Shown here piece by piece: positions 1 to 8,347 of a stretch of 24,199 nucleotides of DNA. Origin of the DNA: a virus (taxonomy: Duplodnaviria; Caudoviricetes); IMG/VR virus record IMGVR_UViG_3300006120_001133, positions 1-24,199 of that record. One strand, given 5' to 3'. Below the pieces are notes generated by a model. The model saw nothing but the letters and a program-made list of their open reading frames with translations. It was not told where the DNA came from and ran no database searches. Position numbers and translations under genes: made by a program. How positions within the stretch are numbered: the stretch's first letter is position 1; each line of letters begins with the position of its first letter.

Positions 1-269
1 GTTGTGTTAAGTGCTGAAACAAGCTTTACGCCTGATGCAACAAAATTAATTACTGTTGCGGTATCTGCTGTAGCAGCAAGTGCTACTGTATTTGATGAAT
101 CAATTACATTTGATACTGGTACTGCCACCGTTGCGGGTGCTGCAGATGTTGTTGTGTTTGTTGCTCCAGCAACAGTAACCGTAAGCGGTGCTGCATGTGC
201 TGAAGTTGAGATGCCAGCGAATGCAAGAGCTGCAGCGGTTGCAAGGGCAATCTTCTTTGTTGTCTTCAT
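1..269 (-). CDS. Secreted or surface Ala/Thr/Val-rich protein, N-terminal part only (runs off the window; not in the ORF track)
   Basis: Manual translation MKTTKKIALATAAALAFAGISTSAHA|APLTVTVAGATNTTTSAAPATVAVPVSNVIDSSNTV...; Sec signal peptide with an AHA cleavage site; RBS-like AGGAAA upstream. Confidence 0.85.
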   Translation of the reverse strand, partial: MKTTKKIALATAAALAFAGISTSAHAAPLTVTVAGATNTTTSAAPATVAVPVSNVIDSSNTVALAATADTATVINFVASGVKLVSALNT

Positions 270-331
270 ATATTTCCTATCTAGTTAGAATCCCTGTACA
301 GGATTATCGTACCGAATGGCACGAATACTTA

Positions 332-360
332 ATACTATCATAGTAGTTCTTTTTAATCAA
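332..360 (-). promoter_or_regulatory. Sigma70/SigA-type promoter for the secreted protein gene
   Basis: TTGATT-N17-TAGTAT with extended -10 TGA. Confidence 0.55.
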
Positions 361-1108
361 GTTCATTTTTAGAACTATCAGCAATTACTAAGGTTAAATA
401 ATAATGAATTTTTTCTTTAACAAAATTTTCTTTACCATATTGAATATGATCGTTTATTTTATCATAAGCATTAGAAAGATTTGTTTTTATTATTTTTTCC
501 CATTCAGTTGTTAAATCTATACATATTGTTATGCTTTTTTCTCCAAGTTGATCATACATATATTTAAATATACTTTTATAATCTAGGTCTTCCTGATCAG
601 AAGGCTGTTCATAACTTCTTAAAAATATTATTGCAACTTCATCTTTTCTATCTTTTATTTTTTTTATTGACTCTTTAGTATAAAAACCATAAAAATGAAA
701 TTCATTATCTGAAATAATTCCATTGCTTGCAGCATAATCAAAAGCTAAAGCTATTGAACTGGGCCCTGGCAAAACTTTATAGTTATTTTTTTTAAAATAT
801 GGATGTGAAATTATGTTTAATCCTGGATCAGATATAAATGCAGAGCCACCATCAGAAACAAAAATTATATTTTTACCATTTTTTAATTCTGATACTATAA
901 TTTCTGATTGTTTTTTATCATCTCTATCTAAAACTATTGATTTTTTTTCAAAATCTATCCCTAATTTATTACCTATTTCTTTAATTACCCACATTGTTTC
1001 TACATAAATTATGTCGTTAGAAATTAAATTATATATTAAATTTTGCGTTAAATCTTTATGATCACCAATAGGCATTGTCCCTATAGTTAATAGTCCATGT
1101 TTTTCCAT
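353..1108 (-). CDS. RsmI-like (tetrapyrrole methylase fold) SAM-dependent methyltransferase, divergent
   Basis: Motifs TMPIGDHKDLT, FVSDGGSAFISDPG, VLPGPSS and FYGF align by eye with RsmI TPIGNLEDIT, SDAGTPLISDPG, PGPSA and FEGF. Confidence 0.75.
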   Translation of the reverse strand: MEKHGLLTIGTMPIGDHKDLTQNLIYNLISNDIIYVETMWVIKEIGNKLGIDFEKKSIVLDRDDKKQSEIIVSELKNGKNIIFVSDGGSAFISDPGLNIISHPYFKKNNYKVLPGPSSIALAFDYAASNGIISDNEFHFYGFYTKESIKKIKDRKDEVAIIFLRSYEQPSDQEDLDYKSIFKYMYDQLGEKSITICIDLTTEWEKIIKTNLSNAYDKINDHIQYGKENFVKEKIHYYLTLVIADSSKNELD

Positions 1109-1161
1109 TTTAATATATAAAATTCCTTGGTTTTTTTAATTGTTTTTTTATTTTTTTTAAC

Positions 1162-2049
1162 CTATAATTCTTTACCAATTTTTTCAAGAAACTTTTCAGC
1201 CCAATACTGATGGTATAAAACTCCATGATGGCCATCCCTTCTATTTAAATCATATTTATTTAATTTTAAACCTGGCCTATTTTTTTCAATAAAATTTTGA
1301 AATTCATTTTTTTCATTAACTAAAAATAAATTTTGAAAACAATTTGCTAATGCCAAATTATCATTTTCTAAATCATTCCATGTTGTCCAATATAATTTTA
1401 TGCCTGCTTCTTTACAATATTCTTCAAAAAATTTTACGCCAATACAAAAATTAATAAAATATTCACGATGTGCTTTAACTGTTAAAAGTTTATTTGGATC
1501 ATTGTTATTTTTTTGTCCAACTTCGTTGTCTGATTGAATATAATCCCATTTTTCTCCATTAGGATCCCAAAAAAATCTTCTTCCAATATTTGGCATCAAT
1601 ACAAATAAGTATTCAGGCTTTCCATATCTATTTTTATATTGAATAAAATTGGAAATAATTTTTTGCCAACCAAAGCCTGCTTTACCCATATTAAAATAAC
1701 CTGACATTTTATTGTGTTTAGACAGTTCATCGTAAACTATTTTCGACCAAACAGTGTCATATTCAGATCCTAAACCTTCTGTTTCAGAGCACCCCATAAA
1801 AAGAACATGTTTTCCATCATGATTAGATGTGAACTCATCAGATCTATACGAATCAGAATTATATATATATGTTATTGTACCATCATCAATAGCATTTTCT
1901 TTATACCCTAATGTCATAACACTAGGTATCGGATTCGGGCCTTCCGCCCAAGTCCTATCTATTCTATTATAAAAAACATCTGGAACACCAGAAGGATTAA
2001 TTGTTTTTATAAAATGATCTGGATGATCATGTTTGTTAACTCTTGGCAT
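1162..2049 (-). CDS. SGNH/GDSL-like hydrolase-fold protein (paralogue 1)
   Basis: YNSDSYRSDEF, LFMGCSETEG (block I-like), NMGKAGFG (block II-like), C-terminal RDGHHG (DxxH). Confidence 0.6.
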   Translation of the reverse strand: MPRVNKHDHPDHFIKTINPSGVPDVFYNRIDRTWAEGPNPIPSVMTLGYKENAIDDGTITYIYNSDSYRSDEFTSNHDGKHVLFMGCSETEGLGSEYDTVWSKIVYDELSKHNKMSGYFNMGKAGFGWQKIISNFIQYKNRYGKPEYLFVLMPNIGRRFFWDPNGEKWDYIQSDNEVGQKNNNDPNKLLTVKAHREYFINFCIGVKFFEEYCKEAGIKLYWTTWNDLENDNLALANCFQNLFLVNEKNEFQNFIEKNRPGLKLNKYDLNRRDGHHGVLYHQYWAEKFLEKIGKEL

Positions 2050-2587
2050 TTTTTCCTTGTTTCTGTTGCCTTACAATTTGAAATGGAGCAGAAGTATAAA
2101 TATCATTGTTAGCAGCAATCTCTAATGCTTTTTCAACAGAAGCACCAGCGTACAACGCACCAATAGCGAATTTAGAACCATTACCTACACCGTATATGCC
2201 GTCGCTATTCAACAATACACTAAAATCATTACTTATATCAAAAACTTCACCATTATAAGAAAACAAAAAACTAAATCCAGAATCTTTGTCGTTCTGGTCT
2301 GGCTTGTATCCATTTTCTTCAAGACATTCACGTAAAGCTGGAACAAACTTTACAATCATAAATTTATATAAGCTTTCTCTTTCTTTTGCATTAGGAACTG
2401 GTGGCAAAAACATATTTTGAACAATATCGCATGGAGTTGAATCTCCACTACCAGCAATTAACCAACCATTTACCTTGGAAATTTTTTCCATTTGTGGATG
2501 CATATTTGGACGATCATTGTCGGTTACTTGTGAATCTGCACCCATTGTTACATTGCCATTTTTTACAACTGCAACAATTGTTGTCAT
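2036..2587 (-). CDS. HslV/proteasome beta-subunit-like Ntn threonine protease
   Basis: N-terminus MTTIVAV...MGADSQVT with Thr nucleophile, a Lys near position 33 (MEKI), GVGNGSKFAIGAL and DIYT. Confidence 0.85.
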   Translation of the reverse strand: MTTIVAVVKNGNVTMGADSQVTDNDRPNMHPQMEKISKVNGWLIAGSGDSTPCDIVQNMFLPPVPNAKERESLYKFMIVKFVPALRECLEENGYKPDQNDKDSGFSFLFSYNGEVFDISNDFSVLLNSDGIYGVGNGSKFAIGALYAGASVEKALEIAANNDIYTSAPFQIVRQQKQGKNAKS

Positions 2588-2880
2588 TTTTCAAGCTCCT
2601 TTAATATTGCTTCGGCTGTTCTTGATTTGATTGTTTGTTTTACTTCACCCTTTTGCATTACAAAAACTTGAGGTATGCCTTGGATACCATAATATTTTAC
2701 AGCATTTGGCTCTATTTTGTCAACATCAAGCATATAATAGTTAGTTTCAGGATCCATTACTGCTGCACGACCATATTGTGGTTTTAAAGCTTTACAAGGT
2801 CCGCACCATTCTGCAGTAAAATAAACTACACAACTATCTTCTTCTTTAAATTCGTTAATATCGTTGGTAATTTTAAGCAA
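2584..2880 (-). CDS. trxA: Thioredoxin
   Basis: FTAEWCGPCK active site and cis-Pro motif GIP. Confidence 0.92.
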   Translation of the reverse strand: MLKITNDINEFKEEDSCVVYFTAEWCGPCKALKPQYGRAAVMDPETNYYMLDVDKIEPNAVKYYGIQGIPQVFVMQKGEVKQTIKSRTAEAILKELEK

Positions 2881-3103
2881 TTAATTCTTCTCCCGTAATA
2901 GTTTTTCCAGTGTATAGTCGTTTAATTATATACTCTCTTACAAACTCTGGTCCCTTTTGTCGTCCAGCCAAAATAATCACCCATCGTGGTTCATGCTTTA
3001 AGTCTATGCACATCTGACACATAAAAAGCTGAACCCCTTTTAAGATATTTGATTTTTGTGGGTGAAGTTCATTTTTTTGTTTACCGCAAGAATAACAAAC
3101 CAT
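2873..3103 (-). CDS. Small Zn-finger-like hypothetical protein
   Basis: CYSC...CQMC; overlaps both neighbouring genes. Confidence 0.7.
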   Translation of the reverse strand: MVCYSCGKQKNELHPQKSNILKGVQLFMCQMCIDLKHEPRWVIILAGRQKGPEFVREYIIKRLYTGKTITGEELIA

Positions 3104-3324
3104 TAATTACTTTCTCCTGTTTCATAGCCTATGCCTATTTCATCAACAATGATAAATTCATCATTGGTCATTTCTACTTTATATTCTATTCCATCTTCAT
3201 AATATTGAATTAAAGATGCCCATGCACCATGAGAAATTACAGTGCCGTATACCCCATCATCTGGTATGTATACATAAGTAATTGTTTCCTCATGCATTTC
3301 TTCGTCTGGATCTTGCTTGCTCAT
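3103..3324 (-). CDS. Acidic hypothetical protein
   Basis: ORF overlapping its neighbours; TAATG junction with the downstream gene. Confidence 0.7.
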   Translation of the reverse strand: MSKQDPDEEMHEETITYVYIPDDGVYGTVISHGAWASLIQYYEDGIEYKVEMTNDEFIIVDEIGIGYETGESN

Positions 3325-3568
3325 CAGTATATTTCATCCCTTCTATTTCACATGGCGTTTCGTAAGATTGAATTAAATTTCTAACAAGCAATAAATATTC
3401 CATTATTTGCATTCTTTGAGATTCATTATATTCCATAATGTTACTCTCATACACAGTTAGGGCAAGGTAATTAGGTCTTGCTCTAATATCTAGGATAAGA
3501 TTTTTTACAGGTGGTTTTAATCCCCGTATTTTCTTAGCCATTTCAACCGTGTACTGTATTTTTTCCAT
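3290..3568 (-). CDS. Hypothetical protein
   Basis: ORF in a tightly packed operon. Confidence 0.7.
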   Translation of the reverse strand: MEKIQYTVEMAKKIRGLKPPVKNLILDIRARPNYLALTVYESNIMEYNESQRMQIMEYLLLVRNLIQSYETPCEIEGMKYTDEQARSRRRNA

Positions 3569-3878
3569 GAAGTTTTTTTAATTTCTTCCAAATTTCTGGA
3601 TCTTTGTGAGAGTTATGTTGTTTATCTGGTCTTCCAAGATCCATATAAACTCCCCCCCAAACACCTTTTTCTTTATTTGCAACGCCCTCTGCATGACACA
3701 TTTTAATTACTGGGCAATGCAAGCAAACTTGATCACTTTGTTTTGCAACCTCTTTGTCATTTTCGTAATCATCATAAAACCAATTAATTGACATATTTTT
3801 GCATGCAGCAAGATGATACCACTTTAAGTCTTGTTCATCAATTCCTATTTGATTAAGTAAGTTTGGCATACTTATCAT
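3543..3878 (-). CDS. whiB: WhiB-family Fe-S transcription factor (start may be 3869)
   Basis: W...AAC, C-x2-CPV-x3-C and the GVWGG turn motif. Confidence 0.92.
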   Translation of the reverse strand: MISMPNLLNQIGIDEQDLKWYHLAACKNMSINWFYDDYENDKEVAKQSDQVCLHCPVIKMCHAEGVANKEKGVWGGVYMDLGRPDKQHNSHKDPEIWKKLKKLHGKNTVHG

Positions 3879-4083
3879 TTAACTCCCAGCAACCATTTGA
3901 ATTTACTGGGTATACATTTGCAAAGCCCCATTTATTATTTTTAAAAATACCATTTTTATCTGTATAAGCAGCACTGTGTGGTGAGAATTTTACAATTGAC
4001 CATCCGTCCCAATAAAAACCCTTTGATTTATTTTTTTCTACAAAATTGTGTGCTTGATCATAAGATAGTGTAATTTTAGGCAT
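3853..4083 (-). CDS. Hypothetical protein (likely start MPKITLS at 4083)
   Basis: ATG overlaps the groES end; the upstream extension in the ORF track lies inside groES. Confidence 0.7.
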   Translation of the reverse strand: MPKITLSYDQAHNFVEKNKSKGFYWDGWSIVKFSPHSAAYTDKNGIFKNNKWGFANVYPVNSNGCWELNDKYAKLT

Positions 4084-4384
4084 TTGCTTTTTCCATTCCA
4101 AAAAGTTGTCTCCAGTTAATAAAGTGAAGCTTTTCTCCACTCTCATCTTCAATTTCTGTTGCATGATTAGGAGAATAAATAACTATGTCTCCAGCATTAA
4201 GAGGAATTGTATGTAAATCACCATTGCTATGATAATCACCTGGACCAGTTGCTACTACTGTGCCACGCTTTAATGATGAATCAATTACTGTAGCAGCAAT
4301 AACAAGACCAGATTTAGTAGTCTTATCTTTTTCTTCTTCTGCTTTAATTAAAATTAAACTGCCTAGCGGTTTAATATTTGTCAT
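4076..4384 (-). CDS. groES: Co-chaperonin GroES (Cpn10)
   Basis: IKPLG, mobile loop TTKSGLVI, GTVVATGPG, GDIVIY; RBS AAGGA. Confidence 0.92.
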   Translation of the reverse strand: MTNIKPLGSLILIKAEEEKDKTTKSGLVIAATVIDSSLKRGTVVATGPGDYHSNGDLHTIPLNAGDIVIYSPNHATEIEDESGEKLHFINWRQLFGMEKANA

Positions 4385-4412
4385 TTATTTCCTTTGTTAG
4401 TAGTAATATTAT

Positions 4413-4441
4413 ATTGTATCATTGTAACAAGCTTGTGTCAA
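4413..4441 (-). promoter_or_regulatory. Near-consensus promoter for the groES-whiB-trx-hslV operon
   Basis: TTGACA-N17-TACAAT with extended TGA; palindrome ACAAGCTTGT in the spacer. Confidence 0.8.
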
Positions 4442-4443
4442 GC

Positions 4444-4809
4444 TTATTTTATGTGCCTGTAAGGTACACCAAAAGATCTTAAAAGGTCTAAACAAGAAGT
4501 ATTTCTTGATGATTCTCCAAAAACTAACGCAAAATCTGGCAAAGACTCTACCATTGTTACATCTGAAAAAGAAGATTTATCTCTAACTATTTCTTCTTTA
4601 ATCTTATATCCGTTTTGACGAATTAGTTTTTCTACTTTACCAATATATTCCGTTACCATATTTTCAGCACCTTTTTGCCCTTTATGAATAAATAAATATT
4701 CTTTATCTTCGGGATAAAAATGTTTGCGATCATCAATTAAAACAGTAATCTGTCTCATAAATTCGTTGTAATCATCATATTCTTTTGATCCAAATACTAA
4801 AACTCTCAA
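4444..4809 (-). CDS. SLOG/DUF2493-like nucleotide-binding protein
   Basis: MRVLVFGS...IHKGQKGAE pattern resembles the SLOG family (RVLVxGgR...IHGgAxGAD). Confidence 0.55.
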   Translation of the reverse strand: MRVLVFGSKEYDDYNEFMRQITVLIDDRKHFYPEDKEYLFIHKGQKGAENMVTEYIGKVEKLIRQNGYKIKEEIVRDKSSFSDVTMVESLPDFALVFGESSRNTSCLDLLRSFGVPYRHIK

Positions 4810-5345
4810 TTTATTATTTCCCCAAAACCCATAGATAAAGAATAGCGTGGAGTTAAAGATGCAACAACATGTTTAGTATTTCCAGGGCAATAAATAATGT
4901 CGTTTTCATTTAGTTCTTCTGACAATAAAATTGAATCATCTGAATTATATACCGTCCAAACAGATCTTCCCCCAACTTGCATAAAAATTACATTTTCTGG
5001 ATCCTGATGTATTGGCCCAGAAGACCCTACATTTGTTGCCCAGCTTCCGTAAATCATTGCTAGATCTGCTATTGTTCCATCTGGATTTGTAAATTTATTA
5101 AACTTTTTACTTAAAATATCAATAATAGATTGAATTTCTGGAATTCTTACTGCATTATAGCTTCTCCAACCATTTACTAAATATTTTTGACCATGAGGTT
5201 TTTCTTTTTTTATATCTTCATCTAAAATTGCAAAACATTGATCCCAAGTAAATCTAGGAAAATTAACATTTCTAAAAATTTTTGGATATTTATTGTGATA
5301 AGCATGTAAAAATTCTTCATTATTTAAAACATCTTCAAAATTCAT
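4806..5345 (-). CDS. JmjC/cupin-like 2OG-Fe(II) oxygenase
   Basis: HQDPENVIFMQVGGRSVW and DIIYCPGNTKH give an HxD...H triad, with a distal RYSLS. Confidence 0.8.
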   Translation of the reverse strand: MNFEDVLNNEEFLHAYHNKYPKIFRNVNFPRFTWDQCFAILDEDIKKEKPHGQKYLVNGWRSYNAVRIPEIQSIIDILSKKFNKFTNPDGTIADLAMIYGSWATNVGSSGPIHQDPENVIFMQVGGRSVWTVYNSDDSILLSEELNENDIIYCPGNTKHVVASLTPRYSLSMGFGEIIN

Positions 5346-5359
5346 TATTTTACCTTTCT

Positions 5360-5394
5360 AAAAACACATAAGAACGGTCTCCCGTCCTTATGTG
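5360..5394 (-). terminator. Intrinsic terminator
   Basis: CACATAAGGACGG-GAGA-CCGTTCTTATGTG 13-bp stem with GNRA loop, followed by TTTTT. Confidence 0.85.
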
Positions 5395-5412
5395 AATATA
5401 TACGTATATATT
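5395..5412. repeat. Perfect 18-bp palindrome
   Basis: AATATATACGTATATATT is its own reverse complement. Confidence 0.8.
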
Positions 5413-5415
5413 TAA

Positions 5416-6009
5416 TTACTTAACAGGTGCAAATGCTCCGCCCCATAAGGACTTCTTCATTGGCTTTTCTGTACCTTCTTCTTTTTCCTTAGCTTCTTCG
5501 GCAGGTGTTTCCTTAGCTTCTTCAGCAGGTGTTTCCTTAACCTCATCAGCTTTTGTAAGCTCATCAGCATCTTTTGGTTCATCTGCCTTGCTCATGCATT
5601 CATGAACAACTGATCCGCCACAATCTGGACAAGTCATAGACTTTGTAATTGTAACTTTTTCTGCAACTGCCATCTCTGCAGATGTTGGTGCAATTGCTGA
5701 GCCTTCGCCAGGGAATGTGTCGTTATTTGGAACAACTCCTGGATTATTTGGTGCATCTGAAACTGATACATCACCTTCTGGACGTGTTGTCTGATTGACA
5801 AGGTCTCCAGCGTTTGGTGTTGGGAATGATTTTGTTACTGCAATATCACCCTTTGGATCTGGTTCTGTTGTATTTTCCATTGTATTACCTCCTGTTCTTA
5901 CGTAGTTTTCAACGCTACGCTCGTCACGTTCTTCATTAATTGAAGATGAAGTTCCAATAGCTTTAATAAAAGCTTCTTTAACTTCTTCTAAAAATTTTTC
6001 TGTATTCAT
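5416..6009 (-). CDS. Acidic low-complexity protein, possibly virion head-associated
   Basis: KETPAEEA tandem repeat, CPDC, repeated hydrophobic-x-K-[SA] motifs, C-terminal LWGGAFAPVK. Confidence 0.7.
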   Translation of the reverse strand: MNTEKFLEEVKEAFIKAIGTSSSINEERDERSVENYVRTGGNTMENTTEPDPKGDIAVTKSFPTPNAGDLVNQTTRPEGDVSVSDAPNNPGVVPNNDTFPGEGSAIAPTSAEMAVAEKVTITKSMTCPDCGGSVVHECMSKADEPKDADELTKADEVKETPAEEAKETPAEEAKEKEEGTEKPMKKSLWGGAFAPVK

Positions 6010-6248
6010 TATGCGTGTGATCCTGGCTCTGTTGTTGCAATTGGTCCACCTGCATATTGAGGTGTTGTCATTGAAACATCTTTTCCTGTGAATGGTCCAG
6101 CAGTAGTTGCCTTTCCTGGATTATTAACGCCTAAGTTTGTTACTGGTGCAGAATTTGTTCCTGCTTGAGGTCCTGCTTGTTCTGTTACTGCAGGGGATGA
6201 TGCTGGCTGTTCTACGCCTGCTCCTGCTACTTGCTGATTGTTGTCCAT
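6009..6248 (-). CDS. Low-complexity Gly/Ala/Pro/Thr-rich hypothetical protein
   Basis: ORF with GGTGA RBS-like site and TAATG coupling to the next gene. Confidence 0.7.
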   Translation of the reverse strand: MDNNQQVAGAGVEQPASSPAVTEQAGPQAGTNSAPVTNLGVNNPGKATTAGPFTGKDVSMTTPQYAGGPIATTEPGSHA

Positions 6249-6251
6249 ATT

Positions 6252-6965
6252 TTAATCACCACCTTGTACGTTCATTATACCCTTCTTTATATAAATATCA
6301 TAAAAGCCTTGAGGATGTAGGGCAATTGCATCAACATGCCAGCTTTGATTCTTGCTTAGAAATTCATGAACTGCTTGAACTACGCCGTACCTAGACTCTT
6401 CTATAACCCCGTCCCAGATAAGGTAGTCATTTAGCCCGATTACACCACCATCTTCAACAAGTCTTGATGCCATAAATAGGGTTGGTGTTACAACTTCTCT
6501 ATCATTATTTGAATCTATGTAAATATAGTCATATTTGTATGTCAAACTTGGTAAAATTTGTCTGCTATCACCTTTAATTGTCAATACATTGCTGTATTTA
6601 GAAAAAAGATCATCAATATAAGATTGGTGATTTTCAGGGGTGTAATTGCCATGTGGCTGATTACAAGAACAAACACCGTTATATCTTTGGCCCCAACACA
6701 TGTGATATTGATTATATGTGTCTAAAAGATGTATCAATGACGGGTTATTTTTTTCAACAAAAATTTCTGAATATCCGCCCCAAGCAACACCAATTTCTAA
6801 ATATTTTAAATTTTTTGGTAAAGAATCTATATATTTATATCTATCTGAAAAAATTTTTGCATTTTTTAATTGATTTTCATTAATTGTATATGAGTCTTCA
6901 ATTTCATTATTTGCTAATGGATGATAATTTTCCCAATCCATCCTAGGCTTTATTATTTTTGACAA
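6252..6965 (-). CDS. Class I SAM-dependent methyltransferase (Methyltransf_24-like)
   Basis: YLEIGVAWG, IKGDS, YDYIYIDS, GGVIGLNDY, GVVQAV. Confidence 0.85.
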   Translation of the reverse strand: MSKIIKPRMDWENYHPLANNEIEDSYTINENQLKNAKIFSDRYKYIDSLPKNLKYLEIGVAWGGYSEIFVEKNNPSLIHLLDTYNQYHMCWGQRYNGVCSCNQPHGNYTPENHQSYIDDLFSKYSNVLTIKGDSRQILPSLTYKYDYIYIDSNNDREVVTPTLFMASRLVEDGGVIGLNDYLIWDGVIEESRYGVVQAVHEFLSKNQSWHVDAIALHPQGFYDIYIKKGIMNVQGGD

Positions 6966-6967
6966 AA

Positions 6968-7309
6968 TTACTCCCCATCAATTAAATAATCAATTCCCAT
7001 TTCAGATAACATTTCTTTTGCTTTTTCACTAACTTTAAACATTGCTTGTAAATTTTCATCATATTCAATGTCTACAAGCCCTTTTTCAAAAAGGTCTAAC
7101 ATTGTGCTATCAATGTCTTCCATTATTTCTTTATATAACTCTGGCATTATTTCCTGAAGAACTGGCATGTTAAACTTAAACATTCTTTCTCCATATTGAT
7201 CCATACCATCCCATTCTGCAGCACCTTGAGATACCAAGTATTCTATAATTTTTTCTGTTTCTTCTTCCATTCCTTCTTCAAAGAAATCGCTAAAATTTGC
7301 ATCTTCCAT
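6968..7309 (-). CDS. Acidic hypothetical protein, probably leaderless
   Basis: ORF preceded by TATAAT-N4-ATG. Confidence 0.75.
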   Translation of the reverse strand: MEDANFSDFFEEGMEEETEKIIEYLVSQGAAEWDGMDQYGERMFKFNMPVLQEIMPELYKEIMEDIDSTMLDLFEKGLVDIEYDENLQAMFKVSEKAKEMLSEMGIDYLIDGE

Positions 7310-7323
7310 ATATTAATTATACT

Positions 7324-8211
7324 CTACTTTAAAGCTGCTGCAATATTTAAGGTAGGCACTGACTTAATATATTGATTTGTAGAAATAGATGCTGTTTGCT
7401 GTATTAACGAATATATTTGAGAATAAGATAGTGATGGTTTTGCTTGATGAATTGCTACCCATCCCGCACCAAATACTTGTGTTGCGGTTGATGTTCCATT
7501 TGTTGATCCAATTTGACCCAAAGCATCAAAACTAATAGATGAAGAGTAGTTGCTGTAAAGTTGATGAATTCCATTTACAGATGATCCAACTGAAATAACA
7601 CCTGTATTACAAGATGGAAAATCAATATGTGAATAATCATAATTATTTCCTGCTGCAGCAATTACTGGAATATTAGCAGATTTAAGTTGATTAACAGCAT
7701 TTGTCAGTGTTGTTGAATTGGGACAGGTTGTTGAAGTAACAGGTCGTCCATAACTCATAGTAACAGCACCAATATTATATGTATCTTTATTTGCATAAAT
7801 CCAATTTAAAATATTTACGATATCTGTATCAAGTGGTGCAATTACTGCTTTATTAATAGAAAAAGCACGAATAAAAACAAATTTAGTATTTGAATTTGTA
7901 GCAATTGAATTAAGCATCATTTCTGTTCCATGCATTGCAGTCCCAGTCCCAAGTTGCTTTACATTTAATTGTGCGGAACCTGGACCATCCATTGATAATT
8001 TTCCATTTGGACAAGTTGCTTCAAGCCAATTAACACATCTTTCATAAATTACTTTATCTTTAAAAGAGGCAACCGCTGGGTCGTAGCCCGTGTCAATAAT
8101 TACAATGTTTGAGCCTGTTGATGCAGCATGTGCTGGAATTGCTTGAGCTCCCATTAAAATTAAATAAATCATCATTTGAATAGAGCCAAAAGTAATTAAT
8201 AATTTTTTCAT
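7324..8211 (-). CDS. Secreted S8 (subtilisin-like) serine peptidase
   Basis: Signal peptide ending AHA; triad IIDTG / HGT / GTSTAT; oxyanion motif AAAGN. Confidence 0.9.
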   Translation of the reverse strand: MKKLLITFGSIQMMIYLILMGAQAIPAHAASTGSNIVIIDTGYDPAVASFKDKVIYERCVNWLEATCPNGKLSMDGPGSAQLNVKQLGTGTAMHGTEMMLNSIATNSNTKFVFIRAFSINKAVIAPLDTDIVNILNWIYANKDTYNIGAVTMSYGRPVTSTTCPNSTTLTNAVNQLKSANIPVIAAAGNNYDYSHIDFPSCNTGVISVGSSVNGIHQLYSNYSSSISFDALGQIGSTNGTSTATQVFGAGWVAIHQAKPSLSYSQIYSLIQQTASISTNQYIKSVPTLNIAAALK

Positions 8212-8238
8212 GTTTTCCTCTGTTAGTAGTTATGCTTT

Positions 8239-8268
8239 ATTTTATCATGTTGCACTGACATATGTCAA
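8239..8268 (-). promoter_or_regulatory. Promoter for the subtilase gene
   Basis: TTGACA-N18-TAAAAT with extended TGA; 12-bp palindrome TGACATATGTCA overlaps the -35 box. Confidence 0.75.
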
Positions 8269-8271
8269 TAG

Positions 8272-8343
8272 TAGCCCTACAGGGAATTGAACCCTGTTCT
8301 GCAAGATGAAAGCCTGCAATCCTAACCAATAGACGATAGGGCC
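8272..8343 (-). tRNA. tRNA-Glu(TTC)
   Basis: Cloverleaf; acceptor GGCCCTA/TAGGGCT, anticodon loop CTTTCAT, T-loop TTCAATT; no CCA. Confidence 0.9.
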
Positions 8344-8347
8344 TTAG

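Noticed and set aside
4-288. Plus-strand 94-aa ORF
   Set aside because: It is the antisense shadow of the minus-strand signal-peptide gene, which has an RBS and a promoter
1109-1161. Long A/T homopolymer tracts as a phase-variation or slippage site
   Set aside because: They are intergenic and unremarkable in such AT-rich DNA, and the flanking ORFs are intact
4396-4402. TACTAAC as a spliceosomal branch point
   Set aside because: The context is prokaryotic; the word sits in 5' leaders next to SD sequences
5487-5540. 24-nt tandem repeat as a mobile or CRISPR-like repeat
   Set aside because: It is an in-frame coding repeat (KETPAEEA twice) with no spacers
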